Part shown: positions 1 through 10,124 of the stretch, one piece after another
Layout: each line of letters begins with the position of its first letter
How positions within the stretch are numbered: the stretch's first letter is position 1
From: an uncultured Thermodesulfovibrio sp.
GTDB taxonomy: Bacteria > Nitrospirota > Thermodesulfovibrionia > Thermodesulfovibrionales > Dissulfurispiraceae
Length of the DNA stretch: 59,961 nt
Direction of reading: 5' to 3'
Assembly: GCA_964411065.1 (NCBI GenBank)
Contig: CAYPJO010000001.1
Location: 9,352-69,312, forward strand
Program-made: the position numbers and the translations under genes
Notes under the pieces: model-generated
Seen by the model: the letters and a program-made list of their open reading frames with translations, nothing else
The model's database searches: none
Told to the model about the DNA's origin: nothing

Positions 1-298
1 TTAAAAATTAAATAATAGACTTTATTAGATTCTACAAAAAACTAAACATCCTTTTAATTTAGTGAAAGCTAACAGATGGAAGGGGCCTGAATAGAAATGG
101 TTGTGGTTAATGACTTGAGGGTAATTTTTACTATTGACTCATATAAATCGTTTTAGCTCAGTAAATAATGAAATCATCTTCAGAATTCCTTAGTCATCAA
201 ATCGGTAAGGTACTGTAATCATAGTTTTTCATTACAAATTAGATACTTTTAGTAAAAAAGAGTAATTCAATTAATTAATAAAATCTGGAGGTAAGAAG

Positions 299-2743
299 AT
301 GGCAACCTCAGGAAGAAGTTGTTATGAGTCAATGATAGAGCATCTAACTTATTCCCTTGCAAAGGATATATATTCTGCAACTGAGAGGGATAAATTTCAT
401 GCTATTGTTCTTTCTGTTAGGGATCATCTTGTCCAGAACTGGATGAGAACTCAGCAATATTATTATGAAATTAATGCGAAAAGGGTATATTATTTATCTC
501 TTGAATTTCTATTAGGAAGGTTACTTGATAGTTATATTAACAACTTAGGCTTGACAGAGGAGTACAACAAAACTGTTTCATGTTTTGGTTTAACCTATGA
601 GGATTTACTGGAACTTGAATGGGATGCAGGATTAGGAAACGGAGGTTTAGGAAGACTGGCTGCTTGCTTTTTAGATTCCCTTGCTACCCTTCAATATCCT
701 GCCTATGGCTATGGAATCAGATATGAATATGGTATCTTTACCCAAAAAATTAAAAATGGTTATCAAATAGAAACACCTGATAATTGGCTTAGATATGGCA
801 ATCCATGGGAATTTCCACGCCCAGAAGTCCTATATCCTATCTATTTTCATGGTTGGGTGGAAACGGTCACCTGTGGTAGTAGAATGCATATGGTGTGGAA
901 GGATGCTGACGAAGTAATGGCAATGGCTTATGATTATCCTGTCCCTGGTTATAGAAATAAAACTGTAAATACCCTGAGACTATGGGCGGCAAAATCTAGC
1001 AGAGAATTTGACCTCGAATACTTCAATAACGGCGATTATGTCAAAGCTATGGAGAATAAAAACTACAGCGAGACTATATCAAAAGTATTATACCCAGATG
1101 ATCAGTCTTTAGCAGGGAAGGAGTTGCGTCTGAAACAACAATACTTTTTCGTATCAGCTACTTTAAAAGATATTGTAAGAAGGTATAAAAAATTTAATAG
1201 AACCTTTCACGAATTCTCCGATAAAGTCGCTATTCAGTTGAACGACACTCATCCCTCCATAGCAATAGCAGAACTAATGAGGATCTTAGTTGATGAAGAA
1301 GGAATGCCCTGGGAAACTTCCTGGGAGATTACTCAAAAAGTCTTCTCCTATACTAACCATACTGTTTTACCTGAAGCTCTTGAAGTATGGTCAGAGGGAC
1401 TCTTTGCATATTTACTTCCAAGGCATCTTCAGATAATTCGTGAGATTGATCGAAGATTTTTAATAGAAGTAAAAGAAAAGTTTCCTGACTCAAACATGAT
1501 TCCAAAGGTAGCAATAATTACAGGAGAGGGTGAACAGCATATTAACATGGCTCGACTTGCCATTGTAGGGAGTCATAAAATAAATGGGGTCTCTGAATTG
1601 CATTCTGAGATTATTAAGAATAAGATTTTCCCAGATTTTTATAAATTATACCCTGAAAAATTTATGAGTATTACCAACGGGATAACTCACAGGCGTTGGC
1701 TAATAGAATCGAATCCAGCTTTATCAGCCCTTATTTCCGAAGCAATAGGTGAGTCGTGGAAAAAAGATTTTGAGCAGATTAGAAAATTAGAATCTTTTAT
1801 AGAGGACAAAGAATTTTGTAAAAAATTCATAGCTGTAAAAAAATCTAACAAGGAATCTCTTGCCAAATTTCTTTATTTAACGAATGGAATCTCCTTCAGA
1901 CCTCATTTCATGCTCGATTGTCAGATTAAAAGATTTCATGAATATAAGCGTCAGCTTCTAAATATTCTACATGTAATAACTTTATACAATAGGATACGAG
2001 AGGGCAGAATCAGAGAAAACTTTGCCCCAAGAACAGTACTCTTTGCTGGGAAGTCAGCACCTGGGTATTATATCTGTAAACTTATAATTAAACTTATTCA
2101 TTCTGTCATTGAGACTATTGATTCTAATACAGGAGTCAAAGATAAATTGCAGGTTATTTTTATCCCTAATTATGGTGTATCCTTAGCTCAAAAAATTATA
2201 CCTGCAGCAGAACTCTCTGAGCAAATTTCTACTGCAGGATTTGAGGCATCAGGCACCGGCAATATGAAATTTATGATAAATGGAGCCTTAACTATAGGCA
2301 CTTTAGATGGTGCAAATATTGAAATCAGGCAAGAAGTAGGAGAAGAGAATTTTTTCCACTTTGGTTATACTGCCGATGAGATTTTTGAAATGAGGAGTAA
2401 TTACAATCCCTATAAATATTACGAAGAAGAACCAGAATTAAGACAGGTTCTAAACCAACTATTAGAGGGACACTTTAGCCCTGAAAATCCATCTCTTTTT
2501 ATACCTATAGTTAAAACTTTACTTGAAAATGACAGGTTCTTTGTTCTTGCTGATTATAGTTCATATATAAGTTGTCAGGAAAGGGTCTCGAAAGCCTATA
2601 ATGACGAATTTAAATGGGCGAAAATGGCTATCTTAAATGTTGCACGTTCATCCAGGTTTTCTTCCGATAGAGTTGTAAGGGAATATGCTGAAAAAATTTG
2701 GGGCATCAAACCTGCAGATTTCTCAGAAAGGGAGAGGGAATAA
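299..2743 (+). CDS. glgP: Glycogen/maltodextrin phosphorylase (GT35, 814 aa)
   Basis: Full-length ORF. PLP-lysine signature EASGTGNMKF and the LNDTHP motif are present. GGAGG lies about 8 nt upstream of the ATG. Confidence 0.95.
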   Translation: MATSGRSCYESMIEHLTYSLAKDIYSATERDKFHAIVLSVRDHLVQNWMRTQQYYYEINAKRVYYLSLEFLLGRLLDSYINNLGLTEEYNKTVSCFGLTYEDLLELEWDAGLGNGGLGRLAACFLDSLATLQYPAYGYGIRYEYGIFTQKIKNGYQIETPDNWLRYGNPWEFPRPEVLYPIYFHGWVETVTCGSRMHMVWKDADEVMAMAYDYPVPGYRNKTVNTLRLWAAKSSREFDLEYFNNGDYVKAMENKNYSETISKVLYPDDQSLAGKELRLKQQYFFVSATLKDIVRRYKKFNRTFHEFSDKVAIQLNDTHPSIAIAELMRILVDEEGMPWETSWEITQKVFSYTNHTVLPEALEVWSEGLFAYLLPRHLQIIREIDRRFLIEVKEKFPDSNMIPKVAIITGEGEQHINMARLAIVGSHKINGVSELHSEIIKNKIFPDFYKLYPEKFMSITNGITHRRWLIESNPALSALISEAIGESWKKDFEQIRKLESFIEDKEFCKKFIAVKKSNKESLAKFLYLTNGISFRPHFMLDCQIKRFHEYKRQLLNILHVITLYNRIREGRIRENFAPRTVLFAGKSAPGYYICKLIIKLIHSVIETIDSNTGVKDKLQVIFIPNYGVSLAQKIIPAAELSEQISTAGFEASGTGNMKFMINGALTIGTLDGANIEIRQEVGEENFFHFGYTADEIFEMRSNYNPYKYYEEEPELRQVLNQLLEGHFSPENPSLFIPIVKTLLENDRFFVLADYSSYISCQERVSKAYNDEFKWAKMAILNVARSSRFSSDRVVREYAEKIWGIKPADFSERERE

Positions 2744-2757
2744 AAATATACAAAGAG

Positions 2758-3939
2758 TTAGTGCAAGAGTCTTTTTAGTTCTAAGGCTCTGTTTAGTATT
2801 TCCATCGCGACATCTTCTTTCTTCATGAGGGGTAATTCTTTTTGCTCAATTCTATCTATTATTACAACTTCATTGGTGTCGACATCAAAACCAGAACCTC
2901 TTTTTGTAATGTCATTAAAAACGATCATGTCTAAATTTTTCTTGAAAAGCTTCTCCTTAGCTTTATCAATTTTATAACCTGTCTCAGCAGAGAAACCTAT
3001 CAGGAAAGGTCTATTAGGTAAATGCCCTACCTCATACAATATATCTTTGGTTTGATTTAATTCTAAAATGAGTCTCTCAACCTTCTGAACCTTTTCGCTA
3101 TAAAAATTAGCAGGTTTAAAGTCTGCCACGGCAGCTGACATTATTAGCATTGTGACAGTAGATATATTAGACATCACTGCATCATACATTTCATCGGAAG
3201 AATTAACTTTTATCAATCTGATATTACCATTATCAATCTCTAAGGAAGTAGGACCACTCACCAATAAAACTTCTGCTCCCCGTCTTGAAGCAACCTTAGC
3301 AATAGCAAAACCCATTTTGCCCGATGATCTATTAGAAATGAATCTCACAGGATCAATATATTCTCTTGTTGGTCCTGCTGTAACTAAAACTCTCTCATTT
3401 AACATATCCTTTGGGGTTAAAGCAGAAATAATAGACTCCAATATTTTATTCGGCTCCGACATTCTCCCTAAACCTTCTTCCCCACAGGCAAGCATGCCTA
3501 ATTCGGGACCTACTATTTTAATCCCCAAGGTTCTCAAATATTCGAGATTTTTCTGAGTAACAGGGTTTTCATACATTCTCCAGTTCATAGCTGGCGCAAG
3601 TAAAACAGGGCCCTTATAAACAAGAAGAGCAGTGCTTAGAAGATCATCAGCTATTCCACTTGCATATTTATTGATAATATTAGCTGTAGCAGGAGCTATA
3701 ACAAATATTTCCGCTTTACGAGCAAGCTCTATATGAGAAAAGGCATCTCTAAACATATCAAAATAAACTTTACAGCCAGTAGCAGATTCAATACAGAGAG
3801 GAGTAACAAACTTGCAGGACGCTTCTGTCATAATCACATCAACAGAAGCTCCTTCTTGCATAAGCGTCCTAATAATGTCTATTGATTTATAAAGAGCTAT
3901 ACTTCCAGTTAAACCAAAGAGTATAGACTTGCCTTTCAT
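2758..3939 (-). CDS. coaBC: Bifunctional phosphopantothenoylcysteine decarboxylase / phosphopantothenate-cysteine ligase
   Basis: N-terminal flavoprotein motif GLTGSIALYKS and C-terminal ligase motif NRSSGKMG. The 393-aa length is typical. Confidence 0.95.
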   Translation of the reverse strand: MKGKSILFGLTGSIALYKSIDIIRTLMQEGASVDVIMTEASCKFVTPLCIESATGCKVYFDMFRDAFSHIELARKAEIFVIAPATANIINKYASGIADDLLSTALLVYKGPVLLAPAMNWRMYENPVTQKNLEYLRTLGIKIVGPELGMLACGEEGLGRMSEPNKILESIISALTPKDMLNERVLVTAGPTREYIDPVRFISNRSSGKMGFAIAKVASRRGAEVLLVSGPTSLEIDNGNIRLIKVNSSDEMYDAVMSNISTVTMLIMSAAVADFKPANFYSEKVQKVERLILELNQTKDILYEVGHLPNRPFLIGFSAETGYKIDKAKEKLFKKNLDMIVFNDITKRGSGFDVDTNEVVIIDRIEQKELPLMKKEDVAMEILNRALELKRLLH

Positions 3940-3953
3940 TATTTTTATAAATT

Positions 3954-4388
3954 TTATAAATCTTCTTCTGAGATTTGTCCTTCAGAGTTGTCTAAATCCT
4001 TTAGAGTCGATAACTCATTAATTGTCCCAAACATATTGAGCACCTCTTCCTGAGCTTCCCTTTCATGCTCTAAAAGATAGAGCTTTAAGTCCTTCTCGAT
4101 CTCAGTTATATCAGCTAATGGCTTCTTCTTCTCAGTTACCCATTTTCTATAATCCAGTTTTTCGGCATTTTGTAAAGCAACTCTTGCCTCTTCACCTGTT
4201 AAAAACTCAATCTTGCCAGTTAAAGATTCTATAATAGCATTAGTGGTAATCTTTTTGTACTTACTCTGTATCTTTAAATTAGATCCCTTTGAAAGCTCTA
4301 TTGCCCTTTGTGTAGCAATAGCTACAAGCCTAAATCTGCTATCAATCTTCTTCCTATCAAAAACTATAGGGAGAGATATTATATCCAT
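3954..4388 (-). CDS. rpoZ: DNA-directed RNA polymerase subunit omega, with a long acidic C-terminal extension
   Basis: Core SRFRLVAIATQRAIEL is typical of omega. The position between gmk and coaBC is conserved. Confidence 0.8.
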   Translation of the reverse strand: MDIISLPIVFDRKKIDSRFRLVAIATQRAIELSKGSNLKIQSKYKKITTNAIIESLTGKIEFLTGEEARVALQNAEKLDYRKWVTEKKKPLADITEIEKDLKLYLLEHEREAQEEVLNMFGTINELSTLKDLDNSEGQISEEDL

Positions 4389-4402
4389 TTTTCAAGTTCC
4401 TC

Positions 4403-5029
4403 CTATGCTATAAAATTTTTTTTTATCCATTCATGATCAGCTCTAATTACCTTTAGACGCTCTGCACAAATTATCGATCTCAATTGTAACAAAGAGTCTG
4501 ATAGAATATCATTTACGACAACATAATCATAATAACTATATTCCTTTATTTCTTCTTTTGCTCTGATGAGTCTTTTAGAAATATCTTCCTCACAATCAGT
4601 CATTCTGTTTCTAAGTCTTTCTTCTAAGGTTTTTAGGCTTGGTGGTAGTATAAATATTGTCACTGCCTCGGGTATTTTATCTTTTATAATTCTTCCACCC
4701 TGCACATCAATATCGAGTAAGACATCAAAGCCTTGAAGAATATAATTATCTATTATATCCCTTGCAGTCCCATATAGATTCCCATGAACCAATGCCCATT
4801 CTAAAAAAACATTAGTTTCAATCATCCTCAGAAATTCATCCCAGGTCACAAAAAAATAGTCAATTCCATCGACTTCACTACCCCGAGGTTGCCTTGTAGT
4901 GTAGGAAACAGATATTTTGAGCCCTTCACAACTATTGAGGAGTTTATGGCATAAAGTAGTCTTGCCTGCACCTGAAGGCGCCGATATTATAAAGATTATA
5001 CCTTTTCTCCTTCTTATATACTCTCTCAT
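4403..5029 (-). CDS. gmk: Guanylate kinase
   Basis: P-loop SAPSGAGKTT and YTTRQPRGSEVDGIDYFF. Confidence 0.95.
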   Translation of the reverse strand: MREYIRRRKGIIFIISAPSGAGKTTLCHKLLNSCEGLKISVSYTTRQPRGSEVDGIDYFFVTWDEFLRMIETNVFLEWALVHGNLYGTARDIIDNYILQGFDVLLDIDVQGGRIIKDKIPEAVTIFILPPSLKTLEERLRNRMTDCEEDISKRLIRAKEEIKEYSYYDYVVVNDILSDSLLQLRSIICAERLKVIRADHEWIKKNFIA

Positions 5030-5056
5030 TAATAAAAAATTACATGGTTAAACTTT

Positions 5057-5314
5057 CTAAAGACCCTCTTTAACTAAACTCTCCAAACGATTTAATAAAG
5101 TATCAACTTGAATGGCCGATAAAACGACATGATCACTATCTGTTATTATAATAGAACGTACTTTTTTTCCTCCAGTTGCATCTATTAGTTTACCTCTATC
5201 CTTAGCTTCATCTCTCAGTCTTTTTAAGGCTCGGGATCCTGGATTAAGGATAGCAATAATCCTTCCAGCTGAGATAATGTTTCCAAAACCTATATTTATA
5301 AATCCTATCCTCAA
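5057..5314 (-). CDS. DUF370 / RemA-like small regulatory protein
   Basis: 85-aa protein in the conserved yicC-remA-gmk-rpoZ arrangement. The sequence GFGNIISAGRIIAI...RSIIITDSDHVVLSA is typical of the family. Confidence 0.8.
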   Translation of the reverse strand: MRIGFINIGFGNIISAGRIIAILNPGSRALKRLRDEAKDRGKLIDATGGKKVRSIIITDSDHVVLSAIQVDTLLNRLESLVKEGL

Positions 5315-5323
5315 ATAATTACC

Positions 5324-6181
5324 TCATTGTAAATTCTGGGCATGTTCCCTTAATTTTTCAACTTCGAGCTTCATCTTTATGACCAAGTACACAATATCAA
5401 TAAGGTCGGTCTTTGAGGCTATGGTATTGAGCTCTCTCAATATTTCCTGTGATAAAAAGTCAAGTTTCTTTCCCACCAATTCTTCATCATCTTTTTTAAG
5501 GAAGATCTTTTCTATCTTCTCTAAATGACTCTTTAACCTTATAAGCTCTTCGTTTATATCGCTTCTTTGAGCAATAAAGGCTATCTCTTGAGAGAGTCTG
5601 TTTTCATCGACAGGTAGGGTGGTAATTAATTCGTTTATCTTTTTAATAAGATTATCTCTATGTTCTTTAATTGAATTTTTAAATTGGCTTTCTATCTGAT
5701 CCCTGGAGACCTTCAAAGTATTCAAAATAATCATAATATCGTTTATAATCTCTTCTGCTTCCTTAACCCTCATCTCATAGACTCTGCAAATAGCCTCCTC
5801 AACAGTATTAAATAGTTCTTCAAGATTAAAATCTATGTCCTCGCTTAATAAAATTTCCTTAAAAGTTAATATATGAGTAAGAGAAACAGGATCTTTAAGT
5901 GATAACTCTGTCTTAAGGTTTTCAAGGATCTCATATACTAATTTAGCAAGATGAGGATTTATCTTTACTCTATACTTCTCATCTGAGGTAAAAATAATGT
6001 TAATATCAAACTTACCCCGTAAAAACCTTTTCTTTATCAGCTGTCTTAAAACCATATCATGCTTAAAAAGCAAAGGAGGTAACTTTAATGATATCTCCAG
6101 ATGACGATGGTTAAGGGAACGAATCTCTACTCTGAATCCATTTCCTTCGGTAGAACCAAAACCTGTCATACTCTGAATCAA
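5324..6181 (-). CDS. yicC: YicC family stress-induced protein
   Basis: N-terminus MIQSMTGFG matches the YicC family start. TTG start preceded by GGGAG. Helical C-terminal region. Confidence 0.85.
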   Translation of the reverse strand: MIQSMTGFGSTEGNGFRVEIRSLNHRHLEISLKLPPLLFKHDMVLRQLIKKRFLRGKFDINIIFTSDEKYRVKINPHLAKLVYEILENLKTELSLKDPVSLTHILTFKEILLSEDIDFNLEELFNTVEEAICRVYEMRVKEAEEIINDIMIILNTLKVSRDQIESQFKNSIKEHRDNLIKKINELITTLPVDENRLSQEIAFIAQRSDINEELIRLKSHLEKIEKIFLKKDDEELVGKKLDFLSQEILRELNTIASKTDLIDIVYLVIKMKLEVEKLREHAQNLQ

Positions 6182-6309
6182 TTTAAAACTCCCTATGATT
6201 ATAAAAAGATCAAGAGATTCTCTAAGACCTATGGATAATTTAAATCAAAAGGGTAGATAAGCTTTTCGTGAAAACTCTTCTGAGTCTGTTTGCAAATTTT
6301 TTAATATAT

Positions 6310-8643
6310 TCATTCTTCTTCAGCTACTGACCTGACAAATCCAACTTCTTCTGAATAGTTACAATCCTTTGAGATGCAAAAATGGACCGTTTTACCTGAC
6401 TTATCAACTTTCTCACATATTAGCCCCTTTTCACACTCAGGGCAGCTTTGAGATATAGGTCTATACCATGTAGCAAAGGTACATTTAGGATAATTACTAC
6501 AACTCCAAAAAAGCTTTCCCCTCTTTGTTTTCCGTTCCAAAATGTCTCCACCATCTACAGGACATTGAATACCCAAGGGAAAGGGTTTAGTATTTTTACA
6601 GTCAGGATATCCTGAACAAGCAAGGAACTTACCAAACTTACCATTTTTAACTATCATTGTTTTGCCACATTTTTCACAATCTTCGTTAGCTATTTCAGGT
6701 TCTTTATCATTAGCTCCAATAAAATCATTTATCTGTTTTGTATTTTTACACTTAGGATATCCAGAACAAGCAAAAAACCTCCCATGCTTCCCCCACCTAC
6801 TAACTATCTTTTGTCCACATTTTTCACAAATTAAATCTGTAGGTATATCAACCGGCTTTACTTTGTCTGTATCTTTTATAGCTTTCTCAAGCTCCTGTTG
6901 AAAGGGTATATAAAAATCTCTTACTACCTCTACCCAATTCAGTTTGGAATTCTCTATTTCATCGAGATTATCTTCCATTCTTGCAGTAAAACTCACGTCC
7001 ATTAGATCAGGAAATTTTGACACTAACAAATCGCTAACTATCATACCGAGTTCAGTAGGGACAAACTTACCTTCCTCCTTTTTAACATATTTCCTATCCT
7101 GAATAGTTGCTAAAATAGTTGCATATGTACTTGGTCTGCCTATCCCCTTCTCCTCTAATACTTTAACAAGGGTAGCTTCCGAGTATCTCGGTGGAGGTTG
7201 GGTAAAATGCTGGATCGGCTCAATACTTAATAGCTTTAACAAAGAATTTTCTTGCAGTAAAGGCAGAATTCCTTCATCTTCTTCGCTGATCTCATCATTT
7301 GCTTCTTTATAAAGGCTCATAAAACCATGAAATCTAATTACTGTTCCTGATGCTCTAAATTCGGTACCCTTCAAATCCAAAGCGGAATCAAAGGGTTCTA
7401 TTATAAAAACAGTCTGTTCCAGCTGAGCAGGAGACATTTGGCTAGCAATAAACCTGTTCCATATCAAACTATATATGTTATATTGCTCCTTTGTTAAATA
7501 GGGTTTGACTTTATCAGGTGACTTGTCAGAATAAGTCGGTCTTATTGCTTCATGAGCTTCTTGCGAGGTCTTTTTATTTTTGTATTGAGGTAATTTATCA
7601 GGAACGTATTCCTTACCAAATTCCAGCTTTATATAATCCCTTGCCCACTTTTGAGCTTCTTGAGCTACATTGACTGAATCTGTCCTCATATAGGTTATAA
7701 GACCAAAGGAACCCTCGCTCCCTAATTCAATCCCCTCATAAAGTTCTTGAGCTATCTTCATGGTTTTCATAGCAGAATACTTGAATCTTCTTGCTGCTTC
7801 CTGTTGTAAAGTACTTGTTATAAAGGGTGGTGAAGGATATTTCTTTTTTTGCTTTGTCTCAACTTTAACAATTCTATACTCTTTATCTTTTAGTAGAGTT
7901 AGAATTTCATTGGCTTCTTTTTCATCTCTTATTAAGAATCTCTCCTTTCCTTTCTTATTACGATCGACAATTAATGAATCACGAAATTTATAAAGCCTTG
8001 CCTTAAATTGTGAAGGGGAAGTTGCGCTATCGGTCACTGAAGAGCGCTGGAAAAGAGCTTCGATGGTCCAATATTCCTCTTTTATAAACTTTTTAATCTC
8101 CCTTTCCCTTTCAACAATGAGTCTTAGGGCAACGGATTGGACTCTACCGGCACTGAGTCCTTTTTTTACCTTTTTCCATAGAAAGGGGCTTAAATTATAC
8201 CCTACAAGTCTATCGAGGATTCTACGAGCCTGTTGAGCAAATACTTTGTCAAGGTTAACTGAGCCAGGATTCTGAATAGCTTCTTCTACAGCTTTTTTAG
8301 TTATTTCATGGAAAGCTATTCTATAGACTGGTTTAGACTTTACCTGTTTTTTTATCTCTTCTGCAATATGATATGCTATTGCCTCTCCTTCTCTATCTGG
8401 ATCTGTAGCAAGATAGATAGAATCAGCATTTTTTGCTTCCTTTTTTAACTCTCTAATAATCTTTTCTTTACCAGATATAGTCTGATAACGGGGCTTAAAA
8501 TTATTATTTATATCGACTCCTAAATCATTGAGTGGTAAATCCTTTACATGACCAATTGAAGCTTTTATGTTAAAATTTTTACCTAGTATCTTATTGAGTG
8601 TTCTTGCCTTAGCAGGTGATTCAACTATTACGAGAGACTTCAA
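6310..8643 (-). CDS. topA: DNA topoisomerase I with multiple C-terminal zinc ribbons
   Basis: Toprim start KSLVIVESPAKA and repeated CxxC...CxxC zinc ribbons at the C-terminus. I place the start at TTG 8643 because a perfect AGGAGG (8655-8650) lies 6 nt upstream. The longest ORF start (8691) adds a non-conserved 16-aa extension. Confidence 0.93.
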   Translation of the reverse strand: MKSLVIVESPAKARTLNKILGKNFNIKASIGHVKDLPLNDLGVDINNNFKPRYQTISGKEKIIRELKKEAKNADSIYLATDPDREGEAIAYHIAEEIKKQVKSKPVYRIAFHEITKKAVEEAIQNPGSVNLDKVFAQQARRILDRLVGYNLSPFLWKKVKKGLSAGRVQSVALRLIVEREREIKKFIKEEYWTIEALFQRSSVTDSATSPSQFKARLYKFRDSLIVDRNKKGKERFLIRDEKEANEILTLLKDKEYRIVKVETKQKKKYPSPPFITSTLQQEAARRFKYSAMKTMKIAQELYEGIELGSEGSFGLITYMRTDSVNVAQEAQKWARDYIKLEFGKEYVPDKLPQYKNKKTSQEAHEAIRPTYSDKSPDKVKPYLTKEQYNIYSLIWNRFIASQMSPAQLEQTVFIIEPFDSALDLKGTEFRASGTVIRFHGFMSLYKEANDEISEEDEGILPLLQENSLLKLLSIEPIQHFTQPPPRYSEATLVKVLEEKGIGRPSTYATILATIQDRKYVKKEEGKFVPTELGMIVSDLLVSKFPDLMDVSFTARMEDNLDEIENSKLNWVEVVRDFYIPFQQELEKAIKDTDKVKPVDIPTDLICEKCGQKIVSRWGKHGRFFACSGYPKCKNTKQINDFIGANDKEPEIANEDCEKCGKTMIVKNGKFGKFLACSGYPDCKNTKPFPLGIQCPVDGGDILERKTKRGKLFWSCSNYPKCTFATWYRPISQSCPECEKGLICEKVDKSGKTVHFCISKDCNYSEEVGFVRSVAEEE

Positions 8644-8653
8644 TCTTTTCCTC

Positions 8654-8938
8654 CTAATTCCATATAATCCGTTTACCACCACAAAAAACAAAAGAATAAA
8701 TCATATCTATATCAAGATCTGTATCATTTATAAGAATATAAGCGAGAATGACCCTTATGGTATCAAGTTCAAGCCCATCTATCGCATTTTTTAGTTCGAG
8801 CTCACGAAGTTCTTCCGTCAATGCTAAAAAGTCCAAATCGATAACGTTCATCTCTTTTAAAGCATAGTCAACATCATATCCATGCTCTAAGAGTTCTCTT
8901 GCAAAGACCCTCAGTATGTCTATTAACCTTTTTGCCAA
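8654..8938 (-). CDS. Hypothetical small acidic helical protein (94 aa) between dprA and topA
   Basis: Open frame in operon register. Its TAG stop overlaps the topA RBS. I could recognise no motif. It occupies the position held by smg (DUF494) in some bacteria. Confidence 0.45.
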   Translation of the reverse strand: MAKRLIDILRVFARELLEHGYDVDYALKEMNVIDLDFLALTEELRELELKNAIDGLELDTIRVILAYILINDTDLDIDMIYSFVFCGGKRIIWN

Positions 8939-8976
8939 AGCTCACCTCAGTTTTCCATAAATTTTAAGTTAAAACT

Positions 8977-10113
8977 TTATATTATACAAAATTTTTTACC
9001 CTCTACCTGTTTAACAAGACCTTTAATTTCAAGATTGAGCAAAATTGCTAATAATTTGTTGGGTGCAAGCATAAGCTCTCTTGAGAGAGTATCAATATGA
9101 ACAAGATTACTACCAATAGCATTCAAAACCCTCTTTTCGTCTTCATCTAAATCTATCGTTGTAGCATCTTCTCTAAACCCTTTTGCTAAAGGTCTAAAAT
9201 TATACAATTCAAGACCTGTTAAATGAGAACGTATTTCATCTAAAATATCTTGAGCGCTCTGAACGAGTTTAGCACCTTTTTTGATCAAGTCGTTTGTTCC
9301 CAGAGAATTAGGAGAGGTAATGTTACCTGGAACGGCAAAAACCTCTCTATTTTGTTCAAGAGCATATTTAGCAGTTATCAGAGAACCACTATCTTTGGTA
9401 GCTTCAACAATGACTACCCCTAATGACAAACCGCTTATAATTCTATTTCTTCTGGGAAAGTTCTCCTTATTGGGGTGGGTTCCCATGGGGAATTCACTCA
9501 ACACACATCCTGATTTGGATAGTTCTTTAAAAAGTTCTATATTCTGATATGGATAGGGTCTGTCAACTCCAGAGCCTAATACTGCTATGCTTCTACCCCC
9601 AACAGATAAAGCACCTTTGTGAGATACAGTATCTATACCTGTAGCCATACCACTTACAATGGTGAAACCATAACTTGCTAACTCAGATGATATTTTCATT
9701 GCAATTTTTCTACCATATTCTGTCATTTTCCTTGAACCAATTATAGCCAATGCATATTTATCCTTTGGTAGCAAATTTCCACGCATATATAGCAAAAGGG
9801 GTGGAGAATCTATCTGTCTAAGAAGGTCGGGATATGCTTCATCATTATAAGTTATGACTCTTACTTTTTGATTTTTTATTTTCTCTAATTCCTTTTCAAC
9901 TCTATCCCATTCGTTAAACTCCACGATATTCTTAGCTTGAGAATTTTTAAGGTTTAAAACCTCATTTAATTCCGATAAAGTTGCTTTGAAAACTTTTTCA
10001 GGAGTCTGAAATACAGCCAAAAGACGTCTAAAAGAAACGGGTCCGATATCTTTCACAAAATTCAGAGCTATCCAAAACCTTATTTCTGAGATATCTCTCT
10101 CATAGATTGTCAT
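8977..10113 (-). CDS. dprA: DNA-processing protein DprA (Smf)
   Basis: Rossmann-like core SGMATGIDTVSHKGAL and C-terminal winged-helix-like tail. Adjacent to topA, as in many bacteria. Confidence 0.9.
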   Translation of the reverse strand: MTIYERDISEIRFWIALNFVKDIGPVSFRRLLAVFQTPEKVFKATLSELNEVLNLKNSQAKNIVEFNEWDRVEKELEKIKNQKVRVITYNDEAYPDLLRQIDSPPLLLYMRGNLLPKDKYALAIIGSRKMTEYGRKIAMKISSELASYGFTIVSGMATGIDTVSHKGALSVGGRSIAVLGSGVDRPYPYQNIELFKELSKSGCVLSEFPMGTHPNKENFPRRNRIISGLSLGVVIVEATKDSGSLITAKYALEQNREVFAVPGNITSPNSLGTNDLIKKGAKLVQSAQDILDEIRSHLTGLELYNFRPLAKGFREDATTIDLDEDEKRVLNAIGSNLVHIDTLSRELMLAPNKLLAILLNLEIKGLVKQVEGKKFCII

Positions 10114-10124
10114 GGGGATAGATT

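Noticed and set aside
3152-3556. 134-aa plus-strand ORF inside coaBC. The same class includes 4213-4413, 6662-6901, 7760-7993, 9281-9547, 10514-11048, 16561-16863, 19698-19934, 21348-21713, 25699-26277, 32518-32970, 35769-36149, 36570-37007, 42796-43128, 52908-53315 and 58825-59331.
   Set aside because: All are antisense to, or out of frame within, strongly supported conserved genes. Their translations are low-complexity (Ser/Leu/Ile/Phe-rich) with no recognisable motifs, as expected for shadow ORFs in AT-rich DNA.
8644-8691. Upstream extension of topA (MFFVVVNGLYGIRRKR...)
   Set aside because: It has no RBS, is not conserved in character and overlaps the preceding ORF. TTG 8643 with AGGAGG gives the canonical N-terminus.
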